Positions 37,899 to 48,069 of a DNA stretch of 64,000 nucleotides are shown in pieces (within the stretch, counting starts at the first letter, position 1; the number at the start of each line of letters is the position of its first letter). The DNA comes from a virus (Duplodnaviria; Heunggongvirae; Uroviricota; Caudoviricetes), in the IMG/VR virus record IMGVR_UViG_3300032294_002926, one strand, 5' to 3'. The translations under genes and the position numbers were made by a program. Under the pieces are notes generated by a model. The model worked only from the letters and a program-made list of their open reading frames with translations. It was not told the DNA's origin and did not search any database.

Positions 37899-39485
37899 AT
37901 GTGGAATTTAGTTACTTTTTCTTATGGCGGAAATATTTTTTCAAATTATCAAAAATTTATTTCCAATTTATTGAAAAGTCAGGGATTAAAATCTTTTGAG
38001 TATGATGTTGAATTTTTAAAAAATACTGAAGTATATAAAAATAACGTAGAATACTTTACAGAAAACAACAAATATGGTTGGTGTTCTTGGAAACCAATTT
38101 TATTACTTGAGACCATGAAAGTATTAGACGATGGAGACAAAATTCTTTTATGTGACGTTGAAGATCTTTTTCATCCAGAAATATTTAATTATGTTGATTC
38201 CGTAATGGAAGATGATCCATGTCTTTTTGTTTTGGGATTTGATAAAAATAAAAAGACTACGAAAAGAGATTGTTTTGTTTTTATGGATTGTGATGATGAA
38301 GATTATTGGAATTCTCCACAACTTGAGGCTGGAGTTACTTTTTGGAAAGTATGTGATGAATCTAAGAGAATCATAAATGAGTGGTTGAAATGGTGTTTAG
38401 ATGAGAGAGTTAATGGAGAAGATTCACATTTCTCTCAAAAAGAAAATTTTCCTGAATTTTCTGGATATTCATCAAAAGATCAAAGTATTTTAACAAATTT
38501 GGCAATAAAAGAAGGTCTTTTTGTCGATAATGGTACTATTAGAAATTACATGGAATGTAATGCTGATTATTGGTATGATAGATATTTTGATAATAAAGTA
38601 AACATATATAGACCCATTGATCAATATATGATTCAAATTCAGAATCAGTGTCCCTATATAAAAGGAAATTTAATTAAACATAGTCTAGTTCTTACAGTTC
38701 ATAATAAAGAGTTTTTAATTAAAAAAGTTATAGATGGAATTGTAAACAACACTACTGGCGATTATGAGTTAATCTTAGTGTTTGATGGATGCATTGATCA
38801 ATCTGAAAAAATTGCTTCTGATATGTTAGAGAACATTGATATAGATTATAAGATATTATATGCATCTGATGTATTCGAAACCAAATCAAATAATATTGGA
38901 TTGAGGGAATGTACTGGTAGATATGCAATTATCATTCAAGATGATATGGTAATTCAGGAACTCGGATGGAATCGTAGAATGCAAAAACCATTCCTAAAGT
39001 TTGATGATGTATTTGCTGTTACTGCTAGAACATCTCACAATTGGATTTATAATGAAGATTCGAAACATATTGGAATGCTTGAGAATCTTGATAATTGCTA
39101 TTGTGATATATTAATACACTGTGATCATTCGGATAAATCTAATACACCAAGAGATACTTTTTCTGTCAGAGGATCTGTAAATAGAGGACCTTTAATGATG
39201 AATCTTGACGATCTTAAAACTTTAAATTATTTTGATGAGGAATACGCTCCGCTTGATATGGATGATCATGATCTTATGTTTAGGGCAAGAACTGAACTTA
39301 ATAAAGTTTGTGGATGTTATTGGATCAATTATCAATCAGAGAGTGAATGGGGTGGTACAAGAATTAATGGATTCCCTGCTCCATGGTATTTAAAATCTCA
39401 ACATAAAAATGTTAAAATATTTTATGATAGATACAAAGATGTTTTGGAATCTTATAGAATTATTGAAAACAGAAAGGTTAGTTAA
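37899..39485 (+). CDS. Large glycosyltransferase with a GT2-like (GT-A fold) domain
   Basis: SLVLTVHNKEFLIKKVIDGIVNNTTGDYELILVFDGCIDQS (GT2 N-terminal signature and DxD). Confidence 0.5.
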   Translation: MWNLVTFSYGGNIFSNYQKFISNLLKSQGLKSFEYDVEFLKNTEVYKNNVEYFTENNKYGWCSWKPILLLETMKVLDDGDKILLCDVEDLFHPEIFNYVDSVMEDDPCLFVLGFDKNKKTTKRDCFVFMDCDDEDYWNSPQLEAGVTFWKVCDESKRIINEWLKWCLDERVNGEDSHFSQKENFPEFSGYSSKDQSILTNLAIKEGLFVDNGTIRNYMECNADYWYDRYFDNKVNIYRPIDQYMIQIQNQCPYIKGNLIKHSLVLTVHNKEFLIKKVIDGIVNNTTGDYELILVFDGCIDQSEKIASDMLENIDIDYKILYASDVFETKSNNIGLRECTGRYAIIIQDDMVIQELGWNRRMQKPFLKFDDVFAVTARTSHNWIYNEDSKHIGMLENLDNCYCDILIHCDHSDKSNTPRDTFSVRGSVNRGPLMMNLDDLKTLNYFDEEYAPLDMDDHDLMFRARTELNKVCGCYWINYQSESEWGGTRINGFPAPWYLKSQHKNVKIFYDRYKDVLESYRIIENRKVS

Positions 39486-39556
39486 AAAATAATAACTCTA
39501 TTTTACTAAATTTATTAAAATGATTAAGGATAAACTTCAAATGGATTTAAATTAAT

Positions 39557-40171
39557 ATGAAAATATCTAGAGAAAGATGGGAATATGCTCAAAGAGCAGA
39601 AATTTCTGAATTGAATGAAAGTACTGATCCTGGAGAAAAAGCATATAAGTATGCTGTAGAAGTAACTTTTAATCTTCTTGGTGCAGATTTACAAAAAGAT
39701 TTCAAAGATAAAGTTATTGTTGAAGTTGGTTGCGGATTTTACCCAGCTCTTCTTTGGACAAAAGATACCAAAAGATCTATTGGCGTCGATCCATTATTTA
39801 ATCAATGGCCTAAAAAATATATTGATAGGTGTAATGAGGCTAGAATTGAAATGATTTCTCATCCATATGAGGATCTTGAGATTGATGAGGATGTTGATGA
39901 AACCTGGTTTTTCAATTGTTTCCAACATGTTATTTCACCTGAAGAACAAATGATAAAATCTATGGAAACTTCTAAAGTTGTCCGTATTTTTGAACCAATT
40001 GGATGGGGGAATGGACTAAATTTAACTGAAAATGATGCTCATCCTCATATTATCACTAAAGAAACTATAATAGATATTATGGGGGATTTTGGATTTGTTT
40101 ATACGGCAAATTCGGTAGAAAAATTTCACCAAGCTGAATGTTATTACGGGACATGGAGTAAAACTAAATGA
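39557..40171 (+). CDS. Putative SAM-dependent methyltransferase-like protein (paralog A)
   Basis: VIVEVGCGFYPALL is a motif I-like glycine loop. Confidence 0.4.
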   Translation: MKISRERWEYAQRAEISELNESTDPGEKAYKYAVEVTFNLLGADLQKDFKDKVIVEVGCGFYPALLWTKDTKRSIGVDPLFNQWPKKYIDRCNEARIEMISHPYEDLEIDEDVDETWFFNCFQHVISPEEQMIKSMETSKVVRIFEPIGWGNGLNLTENDAHPHIITKETIIDIMGDFGFVYTANSVEKFHQAECYYGTWSKTK

Positions 40172-40761
40172 AAATCACTGAAGAACGTTGGGTACAAGCT
40201 CAAGAAGAAGAATTGAGATTGTCTTCTATTAATATTGATCCCAAATATTATGAGATGATGTATTTTACAATGGCAAAATTGATGAATATTGATTTTGATA
40301 CTGATTTTATCGGTAAATCAATAATTGAGATTGGACCAGGACCATTGGGTGTCACTCTCTTAACTGAGAAGTTTTCTAAGGCTATAATTGTTGAACCATT
40401 GATTTATAAATGGGGTCAAGAATACGTAAATCTTTACATGGAAAAAAATATCATTATTGAAACAACTCCTTATGAAAATTTGACAATTGAGGAAAAGGTA
40501 GATGAAACTTGGTTTTTTAATGTTCTTCAACACGTAATTGATCCAGAATTGCAACTAAGAAAAGCGAAAGAGACTTCAAAGGTAGTTAGAATTTTTGAAC
40601 CCATTAATTATCCTATTGAATTAGCCCACCCACATTTGTTGACAAAAGATTTATTTACTGGAATTTTTGGTGAAGATTTTGGCACTACTTACATTGGAAG
40701 TTCAATACCAAATTTTCATACAGCAGATTGTTATTATGGAACTTGGATTAATCCTGGGTGA
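40168..40761 (+). CDS. Putative SAM-dependent methyltransferase-like protein (paralog B, tandem duplicate)
   Basis: IIEIGPGPLGVTLL; shared C-terminus ...ETWFFN..QHVI.PE...K..ETSKVVRIFEPI...HPH..TKE....FG..CYYGTW. Confidence 0.4.
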   Translation: MKITEERWVQAQEEELRLSSINIDPKYYEMMYFTMAKLMNIDFDTDFIGKSIIEIGPGPLGVTLLTEKFSKAIIVEPLIYKWGQEYVNLYMEKNIIIETTPYENLTIEEKVDETWFFNVLQHVIDPELQLRKAKETSKVVRIFEPINYPIELAHPHLLTKDLFTGIFGEDFGTTYIGSSIPNFHTADCYYGTWINPG

Positions 40762-40764
40762 TCT

Positions 40765-41712
40765 ATGTACATAGCATCATGCCCTCTTAGAGTTTCTTTA
40801 TTTGGTGGATCAACAGACAATCCTTATTTTGTGGAAAAATTTGGATATGGATCTGTGATTAGTTTTACTTGTAATCTTAAAACTTATGTAACTATTAGTC
40901 AAGATAAATTTGGATTTAATAGTTATCAGCGCAAATATATTGTCAATTACTCAATAAGAGAAGAAGTGTCCAATATTCATGAGATAAAAAATGATGTGGT
41001 TAGAGTAGTTCTTGATTATTTCAATATGCCTCCAGTTCAAGTAACGCTTACAAGTGATGCATATTCTCAAGGTAGTGGTCTCGCATCTTCATCTTCTTAT
41101 ATTATTAGTTTGATTAAGGCATGTATTCTTTTTCTTGACATTCGTATGACGGATATAGAGATCTGTAAACTTGCCTATGAATTAGAATTGAAATTTAATT
41201 CATATTGTGGATATCAAGATCCTTACGGTTGTGGGATTGGTGGATTTAAAAAAATTGAATTTATTAGGGGTGGAGGTGTTAAATATGATTTTCTCTCCAC
41301 TAAAATGTTTAATAATTATGATGCTCATTTAGTTTTTACTGGAGTTACAAGAAACTCAAAAAATGTTTTAAAAGATATTACAGATAATATCGATAAAGCA
41401 AAACCACTTTTGGGTACACTTGACAAATCCTATAATGCAATTATGCAAGATGATTATGGAACTTTTTTAAATTATCTGAATAAAAGTTGGATTCAAAAAA
41501 AACATACTAGTTCAACTATTACTGAAAACTTAATTATTAAAAATATGGATCAATTTTTGAGTGAAAATGGGACTGTAATATCTCATAAATTATGTGGTGC
41601 GGGTAATGGTGGATTTTTTCTTGTTTTCTCTGAAAAAGGAAACTTGAATATTTCCTATCAATCTGTTAAAATAGATGTAACACCTAATGGAGTTTCTGGG
41701 AAAATGCTATGA
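40765..41712 (+). CDS. GHMP-family sugar kinase (D-glycero-D-manno-heptose 7-phosphate kinase HddA-like)
   Basis: PLRVSLFGGSTDNPYF N-terminal motif; SQGSGLASSSS ATP-binding P-loop of GHMP kinases. Confidence 0.6.
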   Translation: MYIASCPLRVSLFGGSTDNPYFVEKFGYGSVISFTCNLKTYVTISQDKFGFNSYQRKYIVNYSIREEVSNIHEIKNDVVRVVLDYFNMPPVQVTLTSDAYSQGSGLASSSSYIISLIKACILFLDIRMTDIEICKLAYELELKFNSYCGYQDPYGCGIGGFKKIEFIRGGGVKYDFLSTKMFNNYDAHLVFTGVTRNSKNVLKDITDNIDKAKPLLGTLDKSYNAIMQDDYGTFLNYLNKSWIQKKHTSSTITENLIIKNMDQFLSENGTVISHKLCGAGNGGFFLVFSEKGNLNISYQSVKIDVTPNGVSGKML

Positions 41713-42212
41713 ATCCATTTATAGAATATATTGAAGCACTTCAGGGTGCTCATATAGAAGAAGAGTTTGAAAAATTTTATAATGCATTTATCTCTTATTC
41801 AAGAATTATTATTCTCGGTAATGGCGGAAGTAATTCTGTGGCGTCTCATATTTCGCAAGATTATATGAAGTTTCATGGAAAAAAGGTATCTATTCTTTCT
41901 GATCCTTCAATGCTAACCATGTTGACAAATGATTTTGGATATGAGAATGCTTATCAAAAGTTTTTAGAGTATTATGTTGAAAAAGATACACTTGTAATTA
42001 TTGTGAGTTCTGGTGGGGAGTCTAAAAATATGATAAATTCTCAGAAATGGTGTGAAAAAAACAATGTTCCATATGGGGTTCTGACTGGTTTTAAACCGGA
42101 TAATACACTAAGAAAAACTTCAACAAATTCTCTATGGAATTACTATATTAGTAGTTATGATTATGGTGTCGTAGAATGTGTACATCAAATTTTTCTTCAC
42201 GGAGTAGTATGA
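41709..42212 (+). CDS. gmhA: Sedoheptulose-7-phosphate isomerase (SIS domain, GmhA)
   Basis: ILGNGGSNSVASHISQD matches GNGGSAADAQH of GmhA. Confidence 0.65.
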   Translation: MNPFIEYIEALQGAHIEEEFEKFYNAFISYSRIIILGNGGSNSVASHISQDYMKFHGKKVSILSDPSMLTMLTNDFGYENAYQKFLEYYVEKDTLVIIVSSGGESKNMINSQKWCEKNNVPYGVLTGFKPDNTLRKTSTNSLWNYYISSYDYGVVECVHQIFLHGVV

Positions 42213-42964
42213 GATATTGTTTTGATATTGATGGTACTCTTTGTGATACTCCAAATAATGAATTCGGCAAACCTGATTATATGAACGCAAAACCTGTTTC
42301 ATTTATGGTGGAACAAGTTAACCGTTTATATCATGAAGGTCATTATATTATTATGCAAACTGCAAGAGGTAAAGGATCCGGTATAGATCATACGGACCTT
42401 ACTAAAAGTCAATTAGATGAATGGGGGTACAAATATCATGAGTTATTTCCCATGTTCTCTAAACCAACTGCAGATATTTTTGTAGATGATAAAGCAATAA
42501 ATGTGGAAGATTGGAAAAAAATGCAACCATTGAAGTCCGGAATTATTGCTGGTGCATTCGATATAATTCACCCTGGATATATCCGTATATTTAAAGAATC
42601 TAAATTTTATTGTAATCATTTAACTGTGGCACTTCATGAAGATCCTTCTACAGAAAGATTAATTAAATTAAAACCAGTTCAAACAGTAGAAGAAAGAAAA
42701 GAAATACTTCAAAGTATTAAATACATTGATAAAATAGTTACATATAAAGTAGAAAATGAATATCTTGACTATTTGAAGAGTGGTAATTATAATGTTAGAT
42801 TCTTGGGTACAGATTATAAGACAAAAATTTATTCTGGATCAGAGATACCAATTGATATTGTGTGGTTGGACAGAGAATCGCATGATTATTCTTCAACTAG
42901 ATTGAAGAATCAAATTTATGAATCCATAAAAGCAAAAAAAGAACAAATTAAAAAATATGACTAA
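42176..42964 (+). CDS. Bifunctional HAD-like phosphatase / heptose-1-phosphate nucleotidyltransferase (cytidylyltransferase fold, HldE domain II-like)
   Basis: N-terminal FDIDGTLCD (HAD motif I); C-terminal IIAGAFDIIHPGYIRIFKESK (GxFDxxHxGH nucleotidyltransferase). Confidence 0.55.
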   Translation: MCTSNFSSRSSMRYCFDIDGTLCDTPNNEFGKPDYMNAKPVSFMVEQVNRLYHEGHYIIMQTARGKGSGIDHTDLTKSQLDEWGYKYHELFPMFSKPTADIFVDDKAINVEDWKKMQPLKSGIIAGAFDIIHPGYIRIFKESKFYCNHLTVALHEDPSTERLIKLKPVQTVEERKEILQSIKYIDKIVTYKVENEYLDYLKSGNYNVRFLGTDYKTKIYSGSEIPIDIVWLDRESHDYSSTRLKNQIYESIKAKKEQIKKYD

Positions 42965-43856
42965 AAGTTTAGTAACTGGTGGTGCTGGATTTATTGGATC
43001 TAATTTAGTAGATTCATTAATTGATCTCGGGCATGAAGTTATTGTAATTGATAATGAGAGTGCTGAGTGTAATGAAAAATTTTATTGGAATGATAAAGCA
43101 AAAAATTATAAATTAGATATTTGTGATTACGAATTTACTAGAGACTTGTATAATGATGTAGATTATGTCTTTCATCTTGCAGCTGAATCAAGACTTCAAC
43201 CTGCAATTTTAAATCCAATTAATGCAGTGATAAAAAATACTGTAGGTACTTGTACTGTTCTTCAATGTTCTAGAGAGTCTGGAGTTAAAAAGGTAATGTA
43301 TTCATCTACATCTTCTGCTTATGGTCTGAACAAATTTCCAAATTATGAAACTGATCCCAATGATTGTTTGAATCCATATTCAGTATCAAAAGTTTCTGGT
43401 GAAGAACTTTGCAAACTTTATACGAAAATGTATGGATTGAAAACAATTATTTTTAGATATTTTAACGTTTACGGTGATCGATCTCCAACTACAGGACAAT
43501 ATGCACCAGTTATTGGAATTTTTAAGAGGCAAAAAGAAAATAATCAATCATTGACTATCGTTGGTGATGGTCTTCAACGTCGAGATTTTGTAAATGTTAA
43601 AGATGTTGTTGATGCAAATATTATGGTAATGTCTGCTGATATTGCAGATTTTTGTTATGGTGAAGTTTATAATATTGGTAGTGGAGTAAATATTTCAATT
43701 TTAGAAATTGCTAAAATGATATCCGATGATTATATTCATCTTCCATCAAGAGACGGTGAAGCAAGGACAACACTTGCTAATATTGATAAGATGAAAAAAA
43801 CTTTTGGATGGTATCCAAAAATAAACATACTGGATTGGATTAATGGACAAAAATAA
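42957..43856 (+). CDS. NAD-dependent sugar-nucleotide epimerase/dehydratase (SDR family)
   Basis: LVTGGAGFIGSNLVDSL Rossmann motif; YSVSK catalytic YxxxK. Confidence 0.75.
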   Translation: MTKSLVTGGAGFIGSNLVDSLIDLGHEVIVIDNESAECNEKFYWNDKAKNYKLDICDYEFTRDLYNDVDYVFHLAAESRLQPAILNPINAVIKNTVGTCTVLQCSRESGVKKVMYSSTSSAYGLNKFPNYETDPNDCLNPYSVSKVSGEELCKLYTKMYGLKTIIFRYFNVYGDRSPTTGQYAPVIGIFKRQKENNQSLTIVGDGLQRRDFVNVKDVVDANIMVMSADIADFCYGEVYNIGSGVNISILEIAKMISDDYIHLPSRDGEARTTLANIDKMKKTFGWYPKINILDWINGQK

Positions 43857-44634
43857 ATCAGCATATAAACTTCAAAATCTTCCTCCGATTTATTATATTA
43901 ATCTGGATGATCAACCAGAAAGAAAAGAATATATGGAAGAACAGTTTAAATATTGGGAAATTGAAAATTACACTCGTATCTCAGCGTATGATGGTCGTAA
44001 TGATGACCTAAGTGACTTTCTTAAAGGGAAATACCCAGATGGAATGTCTTCTGGTGAAGTTGGATGTACATTATCACACTTAAAAGCAATTCAACATTGG
44101 TATGATACTACTGATTCATCTTATGCTCTTTTTTTAGAGGATGATGTAAATTTTGATTTGGTCAAATTTTGGAATTTTACTTGGAAAGATTTTATTTCTA
44201 AGATTCCTTATGATTGGGATGTAATTCAATTGGCAATTATTTGCACTGGTGATCTTCATATTAAACTTCACAAAAGATTTATAAATGATTTTTCTACTGC
44301 TGCTTATATTTTAACGAGACATCATGCAGAAAAACTTCTTAAGTTTCATGTTAAAAATGGAAAGTATAAATTAGATCAAGGAGTTAGACCTAGAGCAGTT
44401 GCAGATGATCTAATTTATAACTCAGGTAATACTTTTTCTATTCCTTTGTTTCTTTATAGAATTGAATTGGGTTCATCTATTCATCAAGAACACATTGATG
44501 TTTATCATCGTTCTAGTCATCAAGGATTGTTGCAATTTTGGCAGAATCAAGGATTCAATATGAAAATTGATGATTTGATGAATTATGACCCATATCTAGG
44601 TCGGATCACAGGAACATTTGAATTAAATCAATGA
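43843..44634 (+). CDS. Glycosyltransferase family 25 (LPS/LOS glycosyltransferase)
   Basis: IYYINLDDQPERKEYMEEQF matches the GT25 N-terminus. Confidence 0.6.
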   Translation: MDKNKSAYKLQNLPPIYYINLDDQPERKEYMEEQFKYWEIENYTRISAYDGRNDDLSDFLKGKYPDGMSSGEVGCTLSHLKAIQHWYDTTDSSYALFLEDDVNFDLVKFWNFTWKDFISKIPYDWDVIQLAIICTGDLHIKLHKRFINDFSTAAYILTRHHAEKLLKFHVKNGKYKLDQGVRPRAVADDLIYNSGNTFSIPLFLYRIELGSSIHQEHIDVYHRSSHQGLLQFWQNQGFNMKIDDLMNYDPYLGRITGTFELNQ

Positions 44635-44647
44635 TGTATCAGCAAAT

Positions 44648-44929
44648 GTGAACATTGGGATTCTTGACAGGATTTTTTTCTTAGGGTATGATACTCGGGT
44701 AAATCTTCACAAAAGGTTAATGACTGTTACAAAAAATGAAAATCAGCAAATGAATGTGTTTGCGAAAGAACCTCCAATGTATATTTCAAACGAGGATATG
44801 ACTCGATACGAACAGCAACCCTATGCAGAAAGATCGGAAATTATGAATTCTCGATTTGCAATGATCGGAGTTGTTTCAGGTGTAATTTCTTATATAATTA
44901 CCGGTAAATTTTTCTTTGGCGTATTTTAA
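44648..44929 (+). CDS. hli: High-light-inducible protein (HLIP, one-helix CAB-like)
   Basis: AERSEIMNSRFAMIGVVSGVISYIITG core motif (E..N.R.AM.G). Confidence 0.75.
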   Translation: MNIGILDRIFFLGYDTRVNLHKRLMTVTKNENQQMNVFAKEPPMYISNEDMTRYEQQPYAERSEIMNSRFAMIGVVSGVISYIITGKFFFGVF

Positions 44930-44946
44930 TTAAGGAGTAAAGTATT

Positions 44947-45066
44947 ATGAAATTTGGTTTTACTAAACAAGCAGAACTTCTGAATGGAAGAATTGCGATG
45001 ATTTCTTTTTTGATTATGACTGGAGTGTATCTCAAAACTGGTCATCTGTTGCCAGGAATCTTTTGA
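44947..45066 (+). CDS. hli: High-light-inducible protein (39 aa) not in the ORF track
   Basis: MKFGFTKQAELLNGRIAMISFLIMTGVYLKTGHLLPGIF: AE..NGR.AM helix plus the G..LPG tail typical of cyanophage HLIPs. Confidence 0.7.
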   Translation: MKFGFTKQAELLNGRIAMISFLIMTGVYLKTGHLLPGIF

Positions 45067-45097
45067 TGTATTATAATTCCCTTTTAAGGGAGGCGTT

Positions 45098-45259
45098 ATG
45101 CCTAGAAATAATTTAACAAAAGATGAAATTCGCTGTCAAGTTTTAAAAATAAAAAATCAATTAGATCAAGAAAACGTTAATTTTACTTCCGATCCAAAAG
45201 GACTAGTTCATAAATATTTGGATTTGGTTCTCTCTAAAATAGAAGAATATCGAAATTAA
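45098..45259 (+). CDS. Hypothetical small protein (53 aa)
   Basis: GGAGG ribosome-binding site 6 nt upstream of the ATG. Confidence 0.35.
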   Translation: MPRNNLTKDEIRCQVLKIKNQLDQENVNFTSDPKGLVHKYLDLVLSKIEEYRN

Positions 45260-45538
45260 TTTTTTTCCTTGGAATGAATCCAAGTTTTTAATTCATGTAA
45301 ATATGATCTTAACATCTCTGCCTTCTCTAGATGCCATGAATTCTTGGTCTTGAAATACTGAGTGTTATGATTGTCAATTGCTTTCAAAATCTGATGTATT
45401 GGAGCATTCCAAGGTTCCCTAACCGGAGTATTGAACTCTCTCGGCATTGTTTTAAGATCATATTTACTTTATTTATTTAAAAACTTGACATGAGTTTAAA
45501 TTTATTCTAGTGTAAAAAGATGAACTTAAAAATTAATT

Positions 45539-45859
45539 ATGAATTCTATTATTGCTTGTAATCCCAACACATCACCAAAGACTCTAGAATCTCTAGTGAC
45601 TGATGAGGACTGGTGTGTTCGTTATGAAGTTGCTCGTAATCCCAACACATCATCAGAGACTCTAGAATCTCTAGCGACTGATAAGGATTGGAGTGTTCGT
45701 GTGGGAGTTGCTTCTAATCCCAACACATCATCAAAGACTCTAGAATCTCTAGCGACTGATGAAGATTGGGAGATTCGTATGTTAGTTGGCGAAAATCCAA
45801 AGTCATCAGAACTTGCACGACGACTGGTTCTGATGACAAATAATAAACCGTCCACCTGA
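45539..45859 (+). CDS. HEAT-repeat (PBS-lyase HEAT-like) protein, three ~33-aa repeats
   Basis: Repeated D(E/K)DW.VR..VA.NPNTSS.TLESLAT units. Confidence 0.55.
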   Translation: MNSIIACNPNTSPKTLESLVTDEDWCVRYEVARNPNTSSETLESLATDKDWSVRVGVASNPNTSSKTLESLATDEDWEIRMLVGENPKSSELARRLVLMTNNKPST

Positions 45860-45911
45860 GTTCTTCAGAACTCTCAGGTGTCTTATACTTTTTTAATTCA
45901 ACTCTTGAGTT

Positions 45912-46268
45912 ATGTATTTTTATCAAAAAATCGAACTTGCTGAAAATCCCAACACACCATTAAAAACTCTAGAAATCTTAGCGACTGATCATGATTGGCG
46001 TGTTCGTGATGGAGTTGCTTCTAATCCCAGCACATCATCAAAAATTCTAGAATTTTTAGCAACTGATGAGGACTGGTGTGTTCGTTATGAAGTTGCTGAA
46101 AATCCCAACACATCATCAAAGACTCTAGAATCTCTAGCGACTGATACCGATTTTTATATTCGTAGCGAAGTTGCTTATAATCCCAACTCAACTGAACTTG
46201 CAAGAAGACTGGTTCTGATGACAAATAATCGATCAGTAAGTAAACTGTCACAGTGCTCATCAAACTAA
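45912..46268 (+). CDS. HEAT-repeat (PBS-lyase HEAT-like) protein, tandem paralog
   Basis: Same repeat unit and the same C-terminal ELARRLVLMTNN. Confidence 0.55.
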   Translation: MYFYQKIELAENPNTPLKTLEILATDHDWRVRDGVASNPSTSSKILEFLATDEDWCVRYEVAENPNTSSKTLESLATDTDFYIRSEVAYNPNSTELARRLVLMTNNRSVSKLSQCSSN

Positions 46269-46341
46269 GAAATTTTCGTTCTATAATTCATTCGTTTAAA
46301 GTTGATTCAGCAGAAAACATAGTCTTCCACTTTCTTTTTCT

Positions 46342-47856
46342 GTGAAAATCGACCAATTCACAATCAACTTGGAGAACATCATGACTTTTATTACTGCATT
46401 AGAAAATGAACTGAATACCACCGAGACTTTGAATGGAGCAAAAGCATATTCTTCGACTTTGAATTATTGCCTAGATCTTTTTGGTAAGATCGGATCATGT
46501 CGTAATGATATGAATCAAGCAAAGAAACTCTTTGCTCGCGCTTATCAAGTAAATCCTGAAACTGCTACTCGTATTTTGTTCTGGGTGCGCGATATTCGGG
46601 GTGGGCAAGGTGAACGTGAAGTTTTTCGTCAACTATTTAAATATCTTGTAGAACAGGATTCACAAATTGCCGTAAAACTTGTTTCTCTAGTGCCTGAATA
46701 TGGTCGTTGGGATGATCTTCTTATTCTGGAGGATACTTCTGCATGGGAAGCAGTTCTTGATCTTATCAAAACTCAATTACTTCAAGATGTTGCAGTTCTT
46801 GCTGATCAATCATCTAATCAAGTAAGTTTAATTAGCAAATGGTTGCCTTCAATCAATGCTTCTAGTAAAGACAGTAAGCGTTTAGGGCGTAAGATTGCAT
46901 CTTATCTTGGTATGACAGAACGTCAGTATCGTCAAACTCTGTCGAAACTCCGTAATCATATTAAGATTATTGAAACTGCAATGTGTTCTAGAGAATGGTC
47001 TGCAATTGACTATTCAAAAGTACCTTCTCGTGCTTCATTTATGTACCGTAAGGCATTTGCAAAGCAGGATGCAACTCGTTATGCTCAGTATCTGAGTTCT
47101 GTTGAAAAGGGTGAAGCAAAAATCAACGCTGCAACTCTTTATCCTTATGATATTGTTTATCAGTATCTCCACAACGGTGCTCGTAACGATAAGACTATTG
47201 ATCTTCAATGGAATGCTCTGCCTAATTATATGGGAGATCAAACTTTCAACGGTCTAGTAGTTGCAGATGTTTCAGGGTCTATGTATGGTATGCCTATGGC
47301 AGTTTCCATCTCTCTTGCGATGTATATTGCAGAACGCAATACCTCTCCTGCTTGGAAAAATAAGTTTCTAACTTTTTCTGCACAACCTAAATTGCAAACT
47401 ATTGTTGGTTCTACGATTGGAAAACGTATTGAGAATCTTTCCCGTGCTGATTGGGATATGAATACTGATTTGATTGCAGTATTTAAAACTATTCTAAGCG
47501 CAGCTGAGAAAAACTCTGTTGCATCCGAAGACATGCCTCAGAAATTGATTATTGTTTCTGATATGCAATTTGATCGATGCTGCTTTTCTAATAAGAGAAC
47601 TAATTTTGAGCAAATTCAAAAACTCTATCGTAAGGCGGGTTATGAGATGCCTCAATTGGTATTCTGGAATGTGAATTCTCATTCAAACGTTCCTATTACC
47701 TCTCACGATACTGGTACTTGTCTTGTGTCCGGTTGTAGTCCTTCTATTCTTAAAACCGTACTTACTGGTGGTACTCTGTCACCTGTTGACATTATGAACG
47801 ATGCGGTGTATAATAACAGGTATGATGAGATCGGTCGAGTCTTTAACACCCCTTAA
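46342..47856 (+). CDS. von Willebrand factor A (vWA/MIDAS) domain protein
   Basis: LVVADVSGSMYG is a MIDAS DxSxS motif preceded by a hydrophobic beta-strand. Confidence 0.5.
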   Translation: MKIDQFTINLENIMTFITALENELNTTETLNGAKAYSSTLNYCLDLFGKIGSCRNDMNQAKKLFARAYQVNPETATRILFWVRDIRGGQGEREVFRQLFKYLVEQDSQIAVKLVSLVPEYGRWDDLLILEDTSAWEAVLDLIKTQLLQDVAVLADQSSNQVSLISKWLPSINASSKDSKRLGRKIASYLGMTERQYRQTLSKLRNHIKIIETAMCSREWSAIDYSKVPSRASFMYRKAFAKQDATRYAQYLSSVEKGEAKINAATLYPYDIVYQYLHNGARNDKTIDLQWNALPNYMGDQTFNGLVVADVSGSMYGMPMAVSISLAMYIAERNTSPAWKNKFLTFSAQPKLQTIVGSTIGKRIENLSRADWDMNTDLIAVFKTILSAAEKNSVASEDMPQKLIIVSDMQFDRCCFSNKRTNFEQIQKLYRKAGYEMPQLVFWNVNSHSNVPITSHDTGTCLVSGCSPSILKTVLTGGTLSPVDIMNDAVYNNRYDEIGRVFNTP

Positions 47857-47894
47857 TAGGGGTTGACAAACTCAGATTTTCATCTTATAATCTC

Positions 47895-48012
47895 TTTAGA
47901 TGGTTCAGCAATCAAATCTCTTTTTTGGATAAAGATCAAACACCATCTAGTTAATACGTATATTTCCTCTAATTTGCACCCATAGATAGTTCAGCAATCA
48001 AACTCTTTTATC
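47895..48012 (+). repeat. Intergenic direct repeats: gat(g/a)gttcagcaatcaaa(t)ctctttt twice, ~85 nt apart
   Basis: Copies at ~47900-47925 and ~47986-48011, upstream of the tRNA-like element. Confidence 0.4.
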
Positions 48013-48069
48013 CGTTTTGGAAACTTTCAAAAGAACAACTACTATCTAGTTTTTAAAACTTCCTTCATC

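Noticed and set aside
45256-45447. 63-aa minus-strand ORF between the small + strand ORF and the HEAT-repeat genes
   Set aside because: It is isolated on the opposite strand in a + strand-only region, has no recognisable motif and overlaps the upstream + strand ORF end. Kept as unassigned rather than called.
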